Origin: Myxococcota bacterium
Lineage (GTDB): Bacteria; Myxococcota_A; SURF-8
Direction of reading: 5' to 3'
DNA length: 64,000 nucleotides
Assembly (NCBI GenBank): GCA_965140415.1
Contig: OZ223209.1
Coordinates: 1,632,001-1,696,000 of the forward strand
Shown: positions 58,528 to 64,000 of the stretch, piece by piece
Layout of the letters: every line of letters begins with the position of its first letter
How positions within the stretch are numbered: the first letter of the stretch is position 1
The notes under the pieces: generated by a model
Databases searched by the model: none
The model's input: the letters and a program-made list of their open reading frames with translations, nothing else
Told to the model about the DNA's origin: nothing
Made by a program: the position numbers and the translations under genes

Positions 58528-58913
58528 TTGAACCGGGCGACATTCCTGCCTCACCGGGCATTTATCTGCTGTTGATCTGGTTGCCTGAAGCGATGGATCT
58601 AAAGGTCGGGGCTTTGGGAATGAAGCCTTTCAAAAGAGGTTTGTATGGTTACGTAGGTAGCGCCTGGGGACCGGGAGGATTACGGGCGAGATTGTCGCGA
58701 CATGCGAAACTTGAAAAACCGCAACGCTGGCACATCGATGCGCTTACGCGGAATGTTTCGCCGCTGGGCGCTCTCTATTGGGAGGGAGCGGAAAAAGAAA
58801 CGGAATGTTTGTTAGCAAGGCTACTGGCTCGGCGTTATGAAGAAGTGAATGAGATGGGAGCAAGCGATTGTGCCTGCCGCTCGCATCTGTTTCATCTATC
58901 GCCGGGTGTTTGA
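58524..58913 (+). CDS. DUF123 family GIY-YIG-like nuclease
   Basis: GIYLL, YVGSA.GPGGL..R..RH, WHID.L, EC, GASDC.C.SHL; ATGA overlap with the clpB stop. Confidence 0.85.
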   Translation: MIEPGDIPASPGIYLLLIWLPEAMDLKVGALGMKPFKRGLYGYVGSAWGPGGLRARLSRHAKLEKPQRWHIDALTRNVSPLGALYWEGAEKETECLLARLLARRYEEVNEMGASDCACRSHLFHLSPGV

Positions 58914-58986
58914 AAAGCTTGGCTATCACCTGCTTTCGTGCTAGGCTGCGCGACGAGATGGTAACTCTTTTTTAGGAGCGAAAACG

Positions 58987-59274
58987 ATGCCTGTATATCC
59001 TGTCAATATCTCGATCGCCAAAGCCTTTTTCGGGCTGGGGTACTGGGAGTTGATTATCATTCTGCTCATTATCCTGGTCGTTTTCGGCGCGGGGAAACTG
59101 CCTGGCGTCGGTTCGGCACTGGGTGAGGGCATCCGCAATTTCCGCACCTCGTTCAAGGGTGAAGACAAGGCCAAAGAGGAGCAAGCGGAGAAATCGGCAA
59201 AAGAGCTGGAAGCACCAAAGACCTCGACCTCCGAAATTACGTCCGAGAAAAAAGACGAAAAAACGAACGCCTGA
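58987..59274 (+). CDS. tatA: Twin-arginine translocase TatA/E subunit
   Basis: [25 protein letters not shown]. Confidence 0.93.
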   Translation: MPVYPVNISIAKAFFGLGYWELIIILLIILVVFGAGKLPGVGSALGEGIRNFRTSFKGEDKAKEEQAEKSAKELEAPKTSTSEITSEKKDEKTNA

Positions 59275-59420
59275 TCCTCATGCCGTTCTTATCGTAATCG
59301 TTCGATTTACCCCGTTGTTTGGACCGTGGAACCACACGAAACTTCCTGCCGAGCCTGGTTTCAGGCGCGTGATTCTTCTCTGGCGAAACGGAACCGATTG
59401 CTGTTGTGAAGGAGAAAGCG

Positions 59421-61097
59421 ATGAGCGAATTTACGCTGAGTAAACACGAAACCTATCCGGGCGTGCCCGGTTCGTTGCTGCTGATTATCATGGACGGCGT
59501 CGGCCTGTATAAAGGCCAGGCGGAAGGTTACGAGGGCAACGCCTTCGATCAGGCCAAAACCCCCAACCTGGACCGTTTATTCAAAGACGCTTCCGTATTC
59601 CGAAAGTTGCAGGCACACGGCAAGGCGGTCGGTCTGCCTTCCGATGGCGACATGGGAAACTCGGAAGTGGGGCATAACGCCATGGGTGCCGGGCGTGTCT
59701 TCGCCCAGGGAGCCAAACTGGTCAACGAAGCAATTTCCAGCGGACGTTTGTTCGAAGGAACGGCCTGGAAGGAACTGGTGCAGCAGGTAAAAGCGCAGGA
59801 CAGCGCGTTTCATCTGATCGGTCTTCTTTCTGACGGCAACGTGCACAGCCACATCGAGCAGCTTTTCGGTCTGCTGGATCGGCTGAGTCAAGAACAGGTA
59901 AGCCGCATCCGGCTGCACCCGTTGGCGGACGGTCGGGACGTAGATCCGGTGACTTACCACGTTTATTTGAAACAATTACAGGGTAAATTGGACGAATTGA
60001 ACGCAAAGGGCGCAGATGCACGAATCGCCAGTGGCGGCGGGCGCATGTATATCACGATGGACCGTTACAATGCCGACTGGCAGATGGTCAAGCGTGGTTG
60101 GGATTTGCACGTGCTGGGCAAAGGTCGCGGTTTTGCTTCCGCTCAGGAAGCATTGACGGTGTTGAGGCAGGAAAACGAGGGTGTTCTGGATCAGGATCTG
60201 CCCGGTTTTGTCGTTTTGGACGAGCAGGGAGTGCCGGTTGGACCGGTTCTCGATGGGGATAGCGTGGTGTTTTTCAACTTCCGTGGCGACCGCGCCATCG
60301 AGATTTCCCGCGCCTTCACAGAAACCGATTTCGACAAATTCGACCGGGAACGCCTGCCGGATATCTGCTATGCCGGGATGATGGAATATGACGGCGATCT
60401 GCACATTCCGCCGCGTTTTCTGGTTGATCCACCGGCAATTTCCCGAACGGTGTCCGAATATCTTGCCAAAAACGGCATTTCCCAGTATGCGATCAGCGAA
60501 ACACAGAAGTACGGGCACGTCACCTATTTCTGGAACGGCAACAATTCCGAAAAGTTCAGCAAGGAACTGGAAACCTGGGTGGAGATTCCCTCTGACAACA
60601 TCAGTTTCGATAAGAAACCACAGATGAAAGCGCGTGAAATCACGGAAGAAGTCATTAAAGCGCTGGATTCCAAATCCTATAAATTTCTGCGTTTGAATTT
60701 TGCCAACGGTGACATGGTCGGACATACCGGTTCGTTGCCTGCCGCAGTGCAGGCAATGGAGGTCGTTGACGAATGCATTGGCAAACTGGAACAAGCCGCC
60801 AAGCGTGTCGGGGCGACAATCGTGATCACTGCCGATCATGGCAATTCCGATCAGATGATCGAAATCAACAAGAAAACCGGAGAGTTCAAGCTGGACGAAA
60901 ACGGAAAGCCGATCACCAAAACCAGCCACACGCTGTCTCCTGTGCCCTGGTTGCTGTTGGGACAAGATGCTACGCGCTTCACTTCTAACGATGAGGTAGA
61001 TAACCCCGGCCTGGGGAATCTGGCGGCTACCTTGTTGTTATTACTGGGTTATCAAAAACCGGAGGATTATCTCCCGGCGCTGGTCAAAGTGAAATAA
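59421..61097 (+). CDS. gpmI: 2,3-bisphosphoglycerate-independent phosphoglycerate mutase
   Basis: IMDG.G, MGNSEVGH, LSDGNVHSH, NFRGDR, ETQK.GHVT, N..NGDMVGHTG, TADHGN. Confidence 0.97.
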   Translation: MSEFTLSKHETYPGVPGSLLLIIMDGVGLYKGQAEGYEGNAFDQAKTPNLDRLFKDASVFRKLQAHGKAVGLPSDGDMGNSEVGHNAMGAGRVFAQGAKLVNEAISSGRLFEGTAWKELVQQVKAQDSAFHLIGLLSDGNVHSHIEQLFGLLDRLSQEQVSRIRLHPLADGRDVDPVTYHVYLKQLQGKLDELNAKGADARIASGGGRMYITMDRYNADWQMVKRGWDLHVLGKGRGFASAQEALTVLRQENEGVLDQDLPGFVVLDEQGVPVGPVLDGDSVVFFNFRGDRAIEISRAFTETDFDKFDRERLPDICYAGMMEYDGDLHIPPRFLVDPPAISRTVSEYLAKNGISQYAISETQKYGHVTYFWNGNNSEKFSKELETWVEIPSDNISFDKKPQMKAREITEEVIKALDSKSYKFLRLNFANGDMVGHTGSLPAAVQAMEVVDECIGKLEQAAKRVGATIVITADHGNSDQMIEINKKTGEFKLDENGKPITKTSHTLSPVPWLLLGQDATRFTSNDEVDNPGLGNLAATLLLLLGYQKPEDYLPALVKVK

Positions 61098-61100
61098 GCG

Positions 61101-61916
61101 TCAAGTTCCGGTGCTTTCATAGCGCGCCAGACCCAGGTGGAACAGGGATAATCCGACTGTCACACAAATTGAGGCAGCCACGCCCATTGTTAGCCACAGA
61201 CCGGATGTATCTCCTTTATCCAACACCCAGATAGCAGGATAAAACGCACAATAGGCGAAGGGGATGATATAGCTGAAGAAAAGCCGGATGTGCAGCGGGT
61301 AGACCGTTAATGGATAACGGGAAACATCGCTCATTGAAAACAGAGGCATCAGCATACCGCCTCGATCCGGCAGCCAGAAGGAAAGCGACGCGGCGGTTAA
61401 AAACAAACCCAGATAAATGACGGTTCCGATTGCCAGTCCAAGCGCCAGTGAGCCGATTGTATCAAATGCAACTGGAATTCCCAGCTTATACCAGGCCCAG
61501 GCGACCAAAGCGCTTCCTTTGAGCAGAATGGTGATATCGAAAACGTCCAGGTTTTCCATCATCAACTGCATAAAGGGCGAAATCGGACGCACGAGCAGGC
61601 GGTCCAGGTGCCCCTCGACGATGTAGTGCTCGCTCAATCGTACGCAGAATTGGAAAAAGAGGATGGAGAAGAAACCGAAGCAAAGCTCGCCGATGCCGTA
61701 GAGAAACACCAGTTCTTCGAATTTCCAACCGGCGATAGAGGGAACTTTGGAAACCAACACCCAGAGAAAGACAATATTTAAAAAGCCGTAGGTTACGGTT
61801 CCCAAAAAATTGACGAAAAAGTCCCAGGGGTAGCTCATCTTGATCTTCAGATTCTGGGCGGCGTAAGCCAGATAGATCGAAGCATGAAAACGAAAGTTGG
61901 TTCCGGGAAAAGACAT
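61101..61916 (-). CDS. ABC-2 family (DUF990-like) permease
   Basis: I.GW...E..FLYG, G.LDRLLVRP, YPL.VYP, Y.STGT; start moved to ATG 61916. Confidence 0.85.
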   Translation of the reverse strand: MSFPGTNFRFHASIYLAYAAQNLKIKMSYPWDFFVNFLGTVTYGFLNIVFLWVLVSKVPSIAGWKFEELVFLYGIGELCFGFFSILFFQFCVRLSEHYIVEGHLDRLLVRPISPFMQLMMENLDVFDITILLKGSALVAWAWYKLGIPVAFDTIGSLALGLAIGTVIYLGLFLTAASLSFWLPDRGGMLMPLFSMSDVSRYPLTVYPLHIRLFFSYIIPFAYCAFYPAIWVLDKGDTSGLWLTMGVAASICVTVGLSLFHLGLARYESTGT

Positions 61917-62018
61917 ATTTGTTGCCACCTGAATAACGCCGCGTGTGAAAATCGACTCGCGTTGTGAAATACAGGCGAGCGACGAAGCGGTTTTTCTTGC
62001 TCCGTCCGTTCTACTAAA

Positions 62019-62047
62019 TTGACTTCGGAGCCTGCATATGTTAAAGT
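62019..62047 (+). promoter_or_regulatory. Possible sigma70 promoter with an extended -10 element
   Basis: TTGACT-17 bp-TAAAGT with TGn immediately before the -10 hexamer. Confidence 0.5.
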
Positions 62048-62129
62048 ATTCGTTGCAGAAATGCAAATCCAGGCAATATTGCCAGCAACGGAGGGAGTGA
62101 AAACCCAACCTGGACTATAGGAGCAAATA

Positions 62130-64000
62130 ATGGCTTGGACCATTTTGGTGGTCGATGACAGCCGCACCATCCAGGAAGCGGTGCGGATGACTTTTATCAA
62201 TACGGAATTCAACGTCATTGCGGCGCTGGATGCGGAAGAAGGATTGAAGCAGGCGAAGGCGTTATCGCCCAACCTGATTCTCGTCGATCTGCGTCTGCCG
62301 TTCATGGGCGGGTTCGAATTCTGTCGCGAGATCAAATCTCAACCTGAAACCAATCGTATTCCGGTCCTGCTGTTTGTGGGCCAGCAAGTGGAAATCGACC
62401 AGGTGCAATCCAAGGCCGTCGGCGCGCAGGGACATTTTTACAAGCCCTTTGCGACCCAGGATCTGATCGATCAAGCCACCATGATCTGCCAGGCTGCACC
62501 GGTTGAGGTGAAAGTCGAGACGAAACCGGAGCCGGAAGCTGCGGTACTTCAAGATGCTGAGCCGATGCTAGAGGCGGAGGCGGTTGAAGAGGAAGAGCTC
62601 GTGATCGAGGCGGAAGAGGTTGTGCCCGAAGCCGAGGTCGAGCTGGAGGAGCTTGTCGAAGCTGATGTTCAAGCTGAGCCGATAGCAGAACTGGAAGGCG
62701 AAGACGTTCTGCTTGAAGTCGATGTGGAACCGGAAGAAGCAGAGCCGATTCTTGAAGCCGAGCTCGAAGAGGAACCGGAGCCGCAGATTGAAGCCGAGCC
62801 ATTGGCAACCGATCAGTTGGGTGGCGGATTGGAAGACTTTGTGGAAGCCGAACCGCTGGACCAGGAAGTTTCAGAGGCTGAAATCGATGCCGACGACATG
62901 TTGGACGACGACTGGTTCGGAGAAGATCAGGGCGTCATTTCCACGGATGCCGTGGTGGCGCAAGCTCAACAGGAACAGGTGGGTTCCCAGCAATCGGAAG
63001 ACGATGCCAGGGCGAGCCAACCCGATCCGGAGATGATGCGAACTTCTTTCGATGGTGGTTTCGGGGCGCAACTGCGCCAGGATGCTCAACAGGCTGCCTC
63101 TATGCCGGAAGAAGAGGAAGCACAAGCTCCGGTGCAGGTTTCCGACGAGATGGCGGCTTCGTTGCTGGTCGAAATCGGAGCGGATGATGACGAGGACATC
63201 GCAGAAGCCGAAGCGGTCGATAATATCGATGAAGCTGTAGCGGTCGCCGACATGGTGGATGCAGATGCCATTATGGATGAGTTCGAGCTGGCAGAAGACG
63301 AAACGACGCAGCCGGCTACCGATGAAAGCGTACAGGAACTGGAACAGGCGGAATTGGATCGTTTGCGGCGTATGCCCTTAAACGAGCCGGAGCCCGTTCA
63401 GCAGCAGCAGGCCGAGCAGAAGGAAATGGATCCCTTCGGCTTGGGATTCGAGATGAGCGAAGATGAGGTCCAGGAAGCGGAAGCGGCGGAAGAACTCGAT
63501 ATGGAAGAGTTGGACTTCGATGTCGAAGCTGAACCGCTGGAGCCACTGGAAGAAGAGGAGCTGGAGCCGGTCGAAGAAGATCTTGAAGAACTGCTGCTGG
63601 AAGAAGAACCTGCCAGCGCGGAAGAAGATCAGTTGTTCGAACTGGAAGATGGCGTTGCCTTGGAAGAAGTTCAGGACGAAGCTGAGGTTGAAGAACCACA
63701 GGTGGAACCTGAACTCGAAGCTGAACCTGAAGCCGAGCTTGAAGCCGAGCCAGAAGTTGAGATCGAGTTGACCGTAGAATCGGAAGAGGGTGTTGTAACG
63801 ACGGAAACCTTTGTTGCCGATGAATCGGAAGAACTTGAAGCGATTGAGCCTGCGGATATCGGCACAGAAGAGGCGGACGTCGTTTCGCTGGCTGCCGTAG
63901 CTGCGGAAGAAGCCGTTTTGGATGAACCGGCGGAAGAGGAAGAGGCTGTCGAACCGGTCAGTGCCCCGGAAGAGGAATTCGTCGTCGAGCACAAAGAGGG
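62130..64000 (+). CDS. RomR-like response regulator (receiver domain plus very long acidic linker), truncated by the right window edge
   Basis: Not in the ORF track because it has no stop in the window. AGGAG then ATG 62130: MAWTILVVDDSRTIQ...LILVDLRLP..GGFEFC..IK..P....IPVLL...KPF..QDL, followed by Glu/Ala/Pro-rich sequence still in frame at 64000. Confidence 0.75.
   Translation, partial: MAWTILVVDDSRTIQEAVRMTFINTEFNVIAALDAEEGLKQAKALSPNLILVDLRLPFMGGFEFCREIKSQPETNRIPVLLFVGQQVEIDQVQSKAVGAQGHFYKPFATQDLIDQATMICQAAPVEVKVETKPEPEAAVLQDAEPMLEAEAVEEEELVIEAEEVVPEAEVELEELVEADVQAEPIAELEGEDVLLEVDVEPEEAEPILEAELEEEPEPQIEAEPLATDQLGGGLEDFVEAEPLDQEVSEAEIDADDMLDDDWFGEDQGVISTDAVVAQAQQEQVGSQQSEDDARASQPDPEMMRTSFDGGFGAQLRQDAQQAASMPEEEEAQAPVQVSDEMAASLLVEIGADDDEDIAEAEAVDNIDEAVAVADMVDADAIMDEFELAEDETTQPATDESVQELEQAELDRLRRMPLNEPEPVQQQQAEQKEMDPFGLGFEMSEDEVQEAEAAEELDMEELDFDVEAEPLEPLEEEELEPVEEDLEELLLEEEPASAEEDQLFELEDGVALEEVQDEAEVEEPQVEPELEAEPEAELEAEPEVEIELTVESEEGVVTTETFVADESEELEAIEPADIGTEEADVVSLAAVAAEEAVLDEPAEEEEAVEPVSAPEEEFVVEHKE

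Overview
A gene-dense bacterial chromosomal segment, probably from a Myxococcota/deltaproteobacterial lineage (inferred from gene content and order). I found no rRNA, tRNA, CRISPR array, transposase or integrase. Core content includes dxr-rseP-tsaB, efp, clpB, tatA, gpmI, dgt, a ubiB-like kinase, xdhC and a MocA-like gene. There is also a Myxococcus-like type IV pilus and polarity block (HTH-pilMNOPQ-lipoprotein-TPR-mglC-like-peptidase-efp-sgmX-exeA), plus a RomR-like regulator cut by the right window edge. Accessory content is mostly large secreted proteins and lipoproteins with PKD, VWA, ASH, FG-GAP, PPC-like or DUF1566-like domains. The most notable observations are: (1) a repeated acidic Asp-Gly-Asp (DGD) linker shared by six otherwise different lipoproteins; (2) a ~170-nt non-coding rod-like hairpin upstream of the sigma32-type clpB promoter; (3) an RseP with an extra PDZ domain in the normally cytoplasmic loop; (4) a PilQ with a lipobox; (5) an HtrA-like protein that appears catalytically dead; (6) an orphan DNA methyltransferase directly behind a lipase with a basic, AT-hook-like tail. 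All assignments come from visual motif recognition; no searches were run. Start codons were moved from the ORF track where a ribosome-binding site or gene overlap suggested a better one.
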